A DNA stretch of 62,284 nucleotides, the filler included, from Chiloscyllium plagiosum (Eukaryota): the NCBI RefSeq assembly GCF_004010195.1. It is 3 parts of one record of this genome, joined end to end, with 100 filler letters (N's around TTAATTAATTAA, not from the genome) between each part and the next. Parts side by side here need not be neighbours in the genome. Positions count along the whole stretch, not along the records: positions 24,889 to 54,163 come from NC_057715.1; 2 more parts are not named here. One strand, 5' to 3'. Each line of letters opens with the position of its first letter. Positions within the stretch are counted from its first letter, which is position 1. The translations under genes were made by a program, and so were the position numbers. This document shows, piece by piece, positions 24,889-36,991 of the stretch. The notes under the pieces are model-generated. The model was not told the DNA's origin and ran no database searches. It was given only the letters and a program-made list of their open reading frames with translations.

Positions 24889-26350
24889 AGTCTCACGTCT
24901 GTCGTCTGCAAGGTGTTGGAAAGGATTCTGAGGGATAGGATTTCTGACCATCTGGAAGAGCATGGCTTGATTAAATACAGTCAACGCGGCTTTGTGAGGG
25001 GCAGGTCATGCCTCACAAACCTTACTGAGTTCTTTGAGGATGTTACTAGGCAAGTTGATGAGGGTCGAGCTGTGGATCTGGTGTATATGGGCTTCAGCAA
25101 GGCATTTGATAAGGTTCCCCATGGTAGGCTCATTCGGAAGGTCAGGAGGAATGGGATACAGGGGAACTTAGCTGTCTGGATGCAGAATTGGCTGGCCAAC
25201 AGAAGACAGTGAGTGGTAGTAGAAGGAAATTATTCTGCCTGGAAGTCTGTGGTGAGTGGTGTTCCACAGGGCTCTGTCCTTGGGCCTCTATTGTTTGTAA
25301 TTTTTATTAATGACTTGGATGAGGGGATTGAAGGATGGGTCAGCAAGTTTGCAGATGACACAAAGGTTGGAGGTGTCGTTGACAGTATAGAGGGCTGTTG
25401 TAGGCTGCAGTGGGACATTGACAGGATGCAGAGATGGGCTGAGAGGTGGCAGGTGGAGTTCAACCTGGATAAATGCGAGGTGATGCATTTTGGAAGGTCG
25501 AATTTGAAAGCTGAATCCAGGATTAAGGATAGGATTCTTGGCAGTGTGGAGGAACAGCGGGATCTTGGTGTGCAGGTACATAGGTCCCTTAAAATGGCCA
25601 CCCAAGTGGACAGGGTTGTTAAGAAAGCATATAGTGTTTTGGCTTTCATTAACAGGGGGATTGAGTTTAAGAGCCGTGAGATCTTGTTGTAGCTCTATAA
25701 AATTTTGGTTAGACTGCACTTGGAATATTGCGTCCAGTTCTGGTTGCCCTATAATAGGATTAACAGGGGGATTGAGTTTAAGAGCCGTGAGATCTTGTTG
25801 TAGCTCTATAAAATTTTGGTTAGACTGCACTTGGAATATTGCGTCCAGTTCTGGTTGCCCTATAATAGGAAAGATGTGAATGCTTTGGAGAGGGTTCAGA
25901 GGAGGTTTACCAGGATGCTGCCTGGACTGGAAGGCTTATCTTATGAAAAGAGGTTGACTGAGCTCGGACTTTTTTCATTGGAGAAAAGGAGGAGGAGAGG
26001 GGACCTAATTGAGGTATACAAGATAATGAGAGGCATAGATCGAGTCGATAGCCAGAGACTATTTCCCAGGGCAGAAATGGCTAACATGAGGGGTCATAGT
26101 TTTAAGCTGGTTAGAGGAAAGTATAGAGAGGATGTCAGAGGCGGATTCTTTACACAAGAGTTGTGAGAGCATGGAATGCGTTGCCAGCAGCAATTGTGGA
26201 AGCAAGGTCATTGGGGACATTTAAGAGACTGCTGGACATGCATATGGTCACAGAAATTTGAGGGTGCACAGATGAGGATCAATGGTTGGCACAACATCGT
26301 GGGCTGAAGGGCCTGTTCTGTGCTATACTGTTCTATGTTCTATGTTCTAT
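24889..26350 (+). mobile_element. CR1 ORF2 RT domain and 3' end, with stops and an internal 111-bp duplication
   Basis: GFVRGRSCLTNL, FSKAFDKVPH, GVPQGSVLGP, KFADDTK; (tatgttc)n tail. Confidence 0.95.
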
Positions 26351-26556
26351 AATGAGCTGTTCTCTTTCAGGCCCTCACTGTCCACTCCATCCACAAGGAA
26401 GGCCATGTTATAAAGAGTGGAGTATATCACTATAATAACTAAGGCCTATGCAATAGGACATTTCAGGGCACTATTTTACTTTTCCTACAATTGGATCCAG
26501 TGCCCTTTGAACTTGCTATGTCCCAACAGGTATGTTGTCTAGGTTTGGTCAATAGA

Positions 26557-26975
26557 TCATCATCACGTACATCAACACTATGGTCAAGAAAGCTCAACAA
26601 TGCCTCTAATTTCCTCAGAGTGCTCAGGATATTTGGCCTGTCCATAAAGACTCTTACCAATTTTTTATAAATGCACCATAAAAAGCACTATAGGTTTGTA
26701 TGGCAACTGCTCTGCCCAAGACTACAAGAAATAATAGAAAATCATGAACACAGCTCAGTTTATCAAGCAACTCAGCCTTCTATCCATTCACTCCATCTAT
26801 ACATCCCACTGCCTTAGGAAAGCAACCAAAATAATCAAAAGACAACTCTCATCTCAGTTATACTCTCTTCCACCCTCTTCCATCGGGTAGAATATAAAGA
26901 AGTTTGAATACACAGACTAACAGATTCAAGAACAGCTTCTTCCCTGCTATATCAGACATTTGAACAAACCTCTTA
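26557..26975 (+). mobile_element. Rex1/Babar LINE 3' fragment
   Basis: KKAQQ.L.FLR.LR.FG...LTNF...YGNCS remnant and TNRFKNSFFP.AI. Confidence 0.7.
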
Positions 26976-27054
26976 GAAGTTGATTGTTTCTGAATACCAT
27001 TATTTTTTGTATCCCATCTCAAAGGGACAAATCCAGCCCCTAACATTTCTGATC

Positions 27055-27760
27055 AATGGGTCTCAGGTGAAGTACTGCTGAAAATTCCTGCTTTCTATTT
27101 ATATGTTTGGGTTTCTTTGGGTTAGTGATGTCATTTCCTGCAGTGATGTTACTTCCTGTGGTTAAGTCACAAATCTTCTCAAAACCCGCAGTATGTAAGG
27201 ATACTAGTGAGAGAGGGTCATGTTGTTTTGTGGCTAGTTGATGTTCATGTAACCTGGTGACTAGCTTTCTGCCTGTCTGTCCAACGTAGTGTTTGTAACA
27301 GTCCTCGCACGGTATTTTGTAAATGACGTTAATTTTGCTTGTTGTCTGTATAGGGTCTTTCAAGTTCATTAGCTGCTGTTTTAGTGTGCTGGTGGGTTTA
27401 TGGGCTACCATGATGCCAAGGAGTCTGAGTAGTCTGGTAGTCATTTCTGAGATGGCTTTGATGTATGGGAGAGTGGCTAGGGTTTCTGGACGTGTTCCTA
27501 GAAGTATGGCATTCTGATTGGAACTCTATCAACAAACACATTGACTTGGGCCTGATTTATCACCGTCCTGAGAAAAGGAACAGGAAATGACATCACCACT
27601 GGAAATGACATCACCAACCCAAAGAAACCCAAACACATAAATAGAAAGCAGGAATCATCAGCAATGCTTCGTCCGGAAGCTCACTGAAGATACTACCTAG
27701 TAGGGTGACGAAACGTCTGAACATGATCCTTCCAGCTCAGCGAGCAAACCTACATTCAGA
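27055..27760. mobile_element. Poseidon-like PLE: GIY-YIG fragment (-) plus inverted terminal repeat (+)
   Basis: NVIYKIPCEDCYKHYVGQTGRKLVTRLHEH; 27063-27160 is the inverted counterpart of 27580-27680. Confidence 0.85.
27681..27720 (+). ncRNA. Hammerhead-like motif, family C
   Basis: TCA-CTGAAGA-T-actacc-tagta-gggtgac-GAAA-CG-TC-TGA; stem II partly decayed. Confidence 0.6.
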
Positions 27761-29339
27761 ATGAAAAAGGATTATGAGAGGCCTTTTGTTTATATGTAAA
27801 CAGATGAGACTTCAGGCCAAAGTGGTCATGTTTTAGAAGTGACCTGTATAATGAAAGGGCAGTGATCACCTCTCTAGCTGAGCAGTTCAGTCCAGAACTA
27901 GTTAGGAGTTCAGCTGCATGGAAACAGGCTCTCTCTCTTCTTCTGCCCTTCAAACCTCAACCTGTAAGCATTTGTTCCATTTTTATTTTTCTTAAGGGGG
28001 TTTGCCTATTGGGACTGTTGTTTATAATCGGAACAGCATATTTAAGTCTAGTTTGGGTAGGCTGAGCTCTGTAGGGGTTCTTTATTCTGTTCTTTGTGTT
28101 TCATTGTGTAATTTTGTGAAATCTTTTTGTCTGCTTTAAAATCTGGTAGTCAACCTAGTTAATTTACTCCGGGTAATTTCACTGTACACTTATCGAAATA
28201 AATTGCAAAGTTATGATCTGGGTTGCCGCTTGAGAATGTTTTGAGCAGTCTGGTCTAGTCCATAACAGGTGCAATAAAGATACAAACACTTTATTTTCAT
28301 TTAATACATTTCTTCGTGCAGTCTGTTGCCGATGTAAAAACTGAGAAGTTAATGAAACCATTGTTATTAGAAAAATAGAGGATGGGGGTGGTGGGGAGCA
28401 ATAAAATGTGGATCTGGAAAAAGCACAAGAGGTCAAGCAGTATCAGAGGAACAGGAGAGTCGATGGGTAAGACCATCTTAAATTAGAAAAATGGCAATTT
28501 TTGTTTCCTCCCAATTGCCTAATATTTTACTGAAATCTTGACCCACAGGTCTCACATTTCTCCAATACTCTTTTTCATGAACAATCAACAAAAAGGAGCA
28601 GATTAAGCATGGGATGCAGGAATGCAGTTCATTTCAATCCAGCAAGAGCCATTGGTTCATGATCAAGTGTAGGATTTGAGGCTGAGTTTTTCAATTCCAA
28701 AAAACATGAACCACTAAAATTCGTATTGAGAATCCCTGGGCAAATTTAAGAGAGCTCTGTGGTCTTTCGAGATTTGTAATTCTCAGAGTGGGCTGATATT
28801 TCTTGAGAGCACCTGGACCTAAAACAATAGAGGTGAAACCAAGCAGTTCCTGTTTGGCTTTTGTCTCCATGATGTGGAATCTAGAAAGTAACAAAGATTA
28901 GTAAAGTATCGCAATGATAAATGCATCAATAATGTTATACGCTAACTCATTACGACCATTTTGCTTGCATAGAATTGTCTGAGGATCAAACAAGCTAACA
29001 AGACTTACAATATACTTACAATAAATGACAATCTCCAAGTCATTATGTTATAAAGTTAATAAAATGTGCATTTACCATGACTACCTAATTAATTACTGTA
29101 ATTCAATTCAAATAATGTTGACAACTGAATGTTTAACAATTTAGGAATTCATTAGTTTTATCTCCAATAACTCACTGGGTTGTGTATTTATTAAGAAGGC
29201 CTGCAATGAAAAGGGATCTCAATATTTCGTGTCGAAGAGGCCACAACATGCTGTCAAAAATAAGTATCTTCAGTGATACTGGAAGACTGTCAGTTCCCGC
29301 AGAATCAAACTTCCATTTACAGATTCAATTTAGCACAAT

Positions 29340-32260
29340 TTCATCACATCCAAATCATTTATATGAATGAAGAAAAGCAGTGGACTCAGCACCGATCCTT
29401 GTGATACTCCACTAGTCACAGGCCTCCAGTCTGAAATGCAACCCTCCACCACCATCCTCTGTCTTCTACCTTTGAGCCAGTTCTGTATGCAAATCTCTAG
29501 CTCTCCCTTGTATGCCATGTGATTTAACTTTGATAACCAGTCTCTTGTGAGAAACCTTGTCGAACACCTTACTAAAGTTCATATAGATCACGTCTACTAC
29601 TCTGCCCTCATCAATCCTCTTTGTTACTTCTTCAAAAAACTCAATCAGGTTTGTTAGCCATGATTTTCCATGCACAGAACCATGTTGATTATTCCTAATC
29701 AGTCCTAGCCTTTCCACATAAATCCTGTCCCTCAGGATTCCCTCCAACAACTTGCCCACCACCGACATCAGGCTCACTGGTCTATAGTTCCCTGGCTTGT
29801 CCTTAACACCTTTCTTAAATAGTGGCACCACGTTAGCCAGCCTCCAGTCTTCCAATACCTCACCTGTGTATATTGATGATACAAATATCTCAGCAAGGGG
29901 CCAAGCAATCACTTCCCTAGCTTCCCACAGAGTTCTAGGGTACATCTGATCATTCCTAGGGATTTATCCACTTTTATGTGTTTCATAAATCCAGCATTTC
30001 CTCCTCTGTAATATGAATACTTTTCAAGATGCACCATCTATTTCCCCACATTCTATACCTTCTATGTCCTTTCCCACAGTAAATACTGATGCAAAATACT
30101 TGTTTAGTATCTACCCCATCTCCTGCAGCTCCACACATAGGCTGCTTTGCTGATCTTTGAGGGTCCCTATTCTCTCCCAAGTTACCCTTTTGTCCTTATT
30201 GTATTTGTAAAAACCCTTTAGATTCTCCTTAATCCCATTTGCCAAAGTTAAAAATTACATATTACCAGGTTTTAATCCAACAGATTTATTTGGAAACACT
30301 AGCTTTCGAAACACTGCTCCTTCATCAGGTGCCCAAAGCTATCTCATGTCCTCCTGATTTTTCGCTCCTGATTTCCCTCTTAAGTATACTCCTACAGCCT
30401 TTATACTCTTTTAAGGACTCATTTGATCTCTCCTGTCTACACTTGACATATGTTTTGTTCTTTTTCTTAACCAATATCTCAATTCTTGAGTCATCCAGCT
30501 TTCCCTACACCTAACAGCCTTTTCTTTCATCCTATCAGGAATATACTGTCTCTGGACTCTTGTTATCTCATTTTTTGAAGGCTTTCCATTTTCCAGCCAT
30601 CCAAACATCTGTCACAATCAGCTTTTGAAAGTTCTTGCCCAATACTGTCAAAATTAGCCTTCCTCCAATTTAGAACTTCAACTTTTGGATCCAGTCACTG
30701 GCCCCAAAATGCTCCCGCACTGACACCTGTCACCTGCCCTGCCTTATTTCCCAAGAGTAGGTCAAGCTTTGCTGATTCACATACTGAATCAGAAAATTTT
30801 CTTATACACACTTAACAAATTCCTCTTCATCTAAACCCTTAACGTTATGGTAGTGCCAGTCTATGTTTGGAAAGTTAAAACCCCTTACTACAATCACCCT
30901 ATTATTCTTAGAGATAACTGAGATTTCCTCACAAATTTGTTTCTCATTTTCCTGCTGACCATCAGGGGATCTGTAATTCAATCTCAAAAAGGTGATCAAC
31001 CCTTTCTTATTTCTCAGTTCCGTCCAAATAATTTCCCTGGATGTATTCCCAGGAATATCCTCCCTAAGTACAGCAGTAATGCTATCCCTTATCAAAAACA
31101 CAACTCCCCCTCCTCTCTTACCCATCTTTCTAACCTTCCTGTAGCATTTGTGTCCTGGAACATTAAGCCAGTTTTGTCCATCTCTGAGCCACATTTCTGT
31201 AATTGCTATGATATCCCAGTTCCATGTTTCCAACCATGGCCTGAATTCATCTACCTTTCCTGTTAGGGCTCGTGCATTGAAGTAAATGCAGATTAATTTA
31301 TCAGTCCTATCTTGTTCTCTGCTTTATTCCTGCCTGCCCTGAATGTTTGACTCACTCCTTTTCCCAACTTTAGTCTCAGTTTAATCTATTTCCCTGGTCT
31401 CACTCCATCACTTTACTAGTTTATACCCTCTCCAGCATGGCTAGCAAATCTCCCTGCCGGTATTTTAGTCCCCTTCCAATTCAGGTGCAATCTGTCCTTC
31501 TTGCACAGGTCACTTCTACCTCAGAAGAGATTATAATGATTCAAAATGTGAATCCTTCTCCCCATCACTAGCTCCTCAGCCACCCATTCATCTGCTCTAT
31601 CCTCCTATTCCTACCCTCATAGCTTGTAGCACTGGGAATAATCAGATATTCCTACCTTTTTAAATTCCTGCCTATGTTTCTATATTCCCCCTTCAGAATC
31701 TCAACCTTTCCCCTTCCTGTGTCATTGGCTCCAATGTGTACAATGACCTCTGGCTGGGCCTTCTCCCCCTTGAGAACATTCTGCACCCTCTCCGAGATAA
31801 ACTTGATCCTGACACCAGGGAAACAGTATACCATTCTGATTTTTTGCCACTTGATGCAGAAACGTCTGTTGTGCCTCTGACTAGAGAGTCCCCAATCACA
31901 ATCGATCGTTTGTGGAACCTGACGTACCCTTCATTGCATTAGGGTCAGTCTCGATACCAGAAACTTGGCTGTTTGTGCTACTTTCCCCTAAGCATCCATC
32001 ACCCCTACATTTTCTAAAACAGCCTACTTGTTTGAAAAGGGGATAGCCACAGAAGTCTCCTGCACTAACTGCCTACCTCTCTTACTTTTCCTGGAGCTAA
32101 CCCATCTACCTGACTGTATCTGCAGCTTTTCTCCCTTCCTATAACTGCTATCCATCACACCCCGTAGCTCTTGTAACTTCCTTATTGCCTATACCTGTCG
32201 CTCCAACTGATCTATGTAATATTATACACAACCAAAGACATTTCCTGCAGACATAATCAT
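29340..32260 (-). mobile_element. Decayed CR1 covering ORF1 esterase, APE endonuclease and most of RT; 3' truncated
   Basis: [53 protein letters not shown]. Confidence 0.93.
30245..30331 (-). mobile_element. Family-B hammerhead short element nested in CR1
   Basis: Reverse complement cacctgatgaaggagcagtgtttcgaaagctagtg; ccaaag on both sides. Confidence 0.75.
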
Positions 32261-33459
32261 GTTAACTCTATTACTTTCTACAAATGAAGCCTAATCTGCT
32301 GAGTGAAACATTTTTTTTGTTCTATTTCAGATTGCCAATAATTAATCTTATTATTTTCCAGTCTTCTCTAAGAAAAGTGTGATAAATTTAGGCAAAACTG
32401 TTCTATTTGAATGTTAATGAATTAACCTGATTATACACAGAACACGGCTCACTTATAATGAATGATCAGAGTGACTGTTTGTGACAGGCTACAGAAACCT
32501 ATCTGGAAAATAGAATTATGTGCTTTTGTTTTATCGGTAATTTCCTTTAGAATGGATTAATAATCGCTTTTGAAAAAATGTCAAGGTGAGAAAATAAAAG
32601 CTTTCGAAATGTAAGTTATTTGTATACTTTAAGCATTTTTCCTAAAACTAAAAGGCCCCTCCAATTGTTACCCCTCATTTTAACCCTAAAAGATATTTTA
32701 AATGCCTCTTGATAAACTTGATATGTGACCATACAAAAACTACAGGTAGGAAATAACCAGTGGGCTTGTCAAACCTGCCCCACAATATGCAGGCTGGACC
32801 ATCATTGTTAGACATTTGCCGATCCTGTTTCTTGGCCCTTTTCTACCCAACCTTCAGCCACCCCACCCGCAGATAATTTTCTGGAAAAGGTCCAAAAGAA
32901 ATAAGTAATGACAAGGATCAACATAAAACAAGATAAACAGTAAAACTCCTCACTAACCAAAGGTGATTGTTATCAGTCCAGGAGATCACACAGATCATTT
33001 GTTTTCTAAAAAGACACCAAAGGAAAGATTTTTTGTTGAGGAGGAGAAAATCTCCTCACTCAGCAGACTTTTCACCATGGAAATAACCACCTTATGCAAA
33101 GTTTTTGAGGATGTGGGGTTGTGATCAGGTTAGGTCTCTTGCCTCTGGAGGTAACTATGGAGGTAACTATGGAGATAGGTGAAACCTGTGGCTGGCAGGT
33201 TAGAAGGCCCACCTCAGGTCTCTTAAACTTTGCCCCAGTTTTACTCCCCATGCCCCGTCATATCCTCACCTTCACATGCTACTGGAAGTTTGAAGAAGAA
33301 TTTTGAACTGACTGGGAAGCCTTCTGGGACATTATCAAGACTTCACCAAGAATGTATCAATATTTATTCTGTAAATTCACTAATGACTTCATCAAAAAAG
33401 AGTAAGTGTTACAAATTATTGCATACAGGACTTACTGAAGACATTTACATAAGACATTT

Positions 33460-35528
33460 ACAAAGAAGGAAGCATATGTCAGGTATAGACAGGATAGATC
33501 GAGTGAATCCTTAGAAGAGTATAAAGGAAGTAGAAGTATACTTAAGAGAGAAATCAGGAGGGCAAAAAGGGGACATGAGGTAGCTCTGGCAAATAGAGTT
33601 AAGGAGAATCCAAAGGGTTTTTACAAATACATTAAGGACAAAAGGGAGAGAATAGGACCCAATAGGATTCCAGAAGAAGGGCTTATGCCCGAAACGTCGA
33701 TTCTCCTGCTCCTTGGATGCTGCCTGACCTGCTGCGCTTTTCCAGCAACACATTTTTCAGAGAATAGGACCCATCAAAGATCAGCAAGGTGGCCTCTGTG
33801 TGGACCCGCAGGAGATGGAGTAGATACTAAGCGAGTATTTTGCGTCAGTATTTACTGTGGTAAAGGACATGGAAGATATAGAATGTAGGGAAATAGATGG
33901 TGACACCTTGAAAAATGTCAATATTACAAAGGAGGAAGTGTTGGATGTCTTGAAATACATAAAAGTGGATAAATTCCCTGGACCGGATTAGGTGTACCCT
34001 AAAACTCTGTGGGAGGCTAGAGAAGTGATTGCTGGGCCTCTTACTAAGATATTTTTATCATCAATAGTCACAGGTGAGGTGCCAGAAGATTGGAGGTTGA
34101 CTAACATGGTGCCACTGTCTAAGCAAGGTGGTAAGGACAAGCCAGGGAACTATAGACTAGTGAGTTTGATGTCGGTGGTGGGCAAGTTGTTGGAGGGAAT
34201 CCTGAAGGACAGGATGTACATGTATTTGGAAAGGCAAGGACTAACTAGGGATAGTCAACATGGCTTCATGCATGGGAAATCATGTCTCATGAACTTGATT
34301 GAGTTTTTTGAAGAAGTAACAAAGAGGATTGATGAGGGTAGAGTGATAGATGTGATCTATATGGACTTCAGTAAGGCGTTCAACAAGGTTCCCCATGGGA
34401 GACTGGTGAGCAAGGTTAGATCTCATGGAATACATGGAGAACTCATCATTTGGATATAGAACTGGTTCAAAGGTAGGGTAGTGGTGGAGGGTTGTTTGTC
34501 AGACTGGAGGCCTGTGACCAGTGGAGTACCACAAGAATCGGTGCTGGGTCCACTACTTTTCATTATTTATATAAATGATTTGGATGTGAGCATAAGAGAA
34601 ATACTTAGTAAGTTTGCTGATGATGCCAAAATTGGAGATATAGTGGACAGCGAAGAAGGTTACCTCAGATTACAACAGGTTCTTGATCGGATGGGTCAAT
34701 GGTTGAGAAGTGGCGGATGGAGTTTAATTTAGATAAATGTGAAGTGCTGCATTTTGGGAAAGCAAACCTTAGCAGGACTTAAACACTTAATGGTAAGGTC
34801 CGAGGATGTGTTGCTGAACAAAGAGACCTTGGAATGCAGGTTCATAGCTCCTTGAAAGTGGAGTCGCAAGTAGATAGGATAGTGAAGAAGGCACTTGGTA
34901 TGCTTTCCTTTATTGGTCAGAGTATTGAGTACAGGAGTTCGGAGGTCATGTTGCGGCTCTACAGGACATTGGTTAGGCCAGTGTTGGAATATTGCATACA
35001 ATTCTGGTCTTCCTATCGGAAAGATGTTGTGAGACTTGAAAGAGTTCAGAAAAGATTTACAAGTATGTTGCCAGGGTTAGAGGATTTGAGCTATAGGGAG
35101 AGGTAGAACAGGCTGGGACTGTTTTCCCTGGAGAGTCGGAAGCTGAGGGTTGACCTTATAGAGGTTGATAAAATCACAAGGGGCATGGATAGGATAAATA
35201 GACAAAGTCTTTCCCCTGGGGTGGGGGAGGCCAGAACTAGCGGGCATAGGTTTAAGGTGAGAGGGGAAAGATATAAAAGAGACCTAAGGGGCAACTTTTT
35301 CACGCAGAGGGATGTAAGTGTATGGAATGAAATGCCAGAGGAAGTGGTAGAGGCTGGTACAATTACAACATTTAAAAGGTATCTGGATGGGTATATGAAT
35401 AGGAAGGGTTTGGAAGGATATGGGTCAGGTGTTGGCAGGTGGGACTAGATTGGGTTGGGATATCTGGTTCGCATGGACAAGTTGGATTAAAGGGTCGGTT
35501 TCCGTGCTGTACATCTTTATGACTCTAT
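33460..35528 (+). mobile_element. 5'-truncated CR1 ORF2 (RT) through 3' end
   Basis: PGNYRLVSL, MDFSKAFNKVPH, GVPQESVLGP, KFADDAK; 3' UTR tail. Confidence 0.95.
33662..33758 (+). mobile_element. Family-A PLE short element nested in CR1
   Basis: 15-bp TSD agagaataggaccca (33647-61 / 33759-73). Confidence 0.9.
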
Positions 35529-36070
35529 AAGTCTTTCCATGCTTTTGTGTGTTAAGATACACAAATTACATTGATATCTAGTAACTTCCAATTTATTTTT
35601 ATGCTTTTCAGTGGTTTCTCAGATAAGAGACTAGAAAGATAAATTTGACACTTTACAACTTTCCCAGTTCAGGCTAAGTGAAGTCGGAGTAGCTACCAGT
35701 TGTGAAATCATAGCCAAAAGATAGCAAGGTCTTAACTCAACTTTGATTCCTTCTTTTCTATTTTGTTCATAGATATGCTTCTGTAGGGATGACAATAATT
35801 GGATATAGTATCATAGAATCATACAGAAAGCAGAGGGCATCTTATTTAACCCAGCAGGCCTAGATGGAAGTGGTCAAAGAAATCAACATCAATGTGGCCC
35901 ATAACCTGGAGACCATGCACCAAGCAATACAGGATCTCCGGAAGCCAAGACAGGTGAGTAGTGCCAAGTCCCACCCTTTAACCTGTACAATGTTCTTCTG
36001 CACAGAACCTCTCTGGTCAAGACTTTTTGCAGCTCCACTCATTTCTCTCTCCATAGACACTTCCTATTCC

Positions 36071-36158
36071 CACTTGATGAAGGAGCAGTGCTCCGAAAGC
36101 TAGTGCTTCCAAATAAACCTGTTTGCCAATATCCTGGTGTTGTGAGATTTTAACACTG
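36071..36158 (+). mobile_element. Family-B hammerhead short element
   Basis: CAC-TTGATGA-A-GGAGC-AGT-GCTCC-GAAA-GC-TA-GTG; tattccca repeated at both ends. Confidence 0.75.
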
Positions 36159-36778
36159 TATTCCCATCTGAGCAGCCAACATTCACAATGACCATAGCTT
36201 GGCGCCCTATTACCTCACAGTAACCAAAATTGTCCTCAATATCTTACAAACCAGTTCTAACCTGCTGACCTCTTCACTTTCCTGGTTTGTCTCCTTGCAG
36301 GAGAAAAGATAACATAAGTTGTCAAGAGTCAGAATTGTATTGTTGTGGGATGCATGGTGCTCATAGAACATTGGTGCTGTACAAGTTGCGATATCTGGTC
36401 CTCCCCACCGTGGACCCTATCTTTCCACTTGCTTCCTGTCTGCCCTGTTGTGGGACATATGGCTGAAAAGGTAATTGAGCATTAACAAGATGGGATGACA
36501 GAGTTAGTAACTCTCAACCTGACCAATTCTGTCATGCTACAGTGTAATTAATCAATACCTTCACATCTAGTCAATTTCACTGGTCTAGTCACTCCTGCTT
36601 CTTCAACCTGCTGGTTTGAAGACAACATGAAGCTCCTTACTATTGAGAGAGTGTATTTTGATTGGAAAATCCATTTTAACTATGTCCTTAAATGGCATTA
36701 GTTGCCTTTCTACATCATCCACAGAGATGTCTGACTTTTCCACCAACTTGTCCCAGAAAAGAGGCTGGAGTTAGAAAT

Positions 36779-36991
36779 AGGAGAAAGTGAGGACTGCAGA
36801 TGCTGGAGATCAGAGTCGAGAGGGTGGTGCTGGAAAAGCATAGCAGGTCAGGCAGGTACTGATAAAGGGCTTATGCCCAAAACTTTGATTCCCCTGCTCC
36901 TCGGTTCCTGATGAAGGGATTATGCCCGAAATGTAGATTCTCCTCCTCCTCGGATGCTGCCTGACCTGCAGTGCTTTTCCAGCACCACTCT
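36779..36991. mobile_element. Family-A PLE element: inverted arm plus two tandem hammerhead heads
   Basis: TSD ctggagtt(a/g)gaaat 36765-78 / 36992-37005; cores at 36859 and 36908. Confidence 0.85.

Noticed and set aside
27760..28268. Possible solo LTR
   Set aside because: LTR-like composition and a CA end, but no 5' boundary, TSD or second copy could be established.
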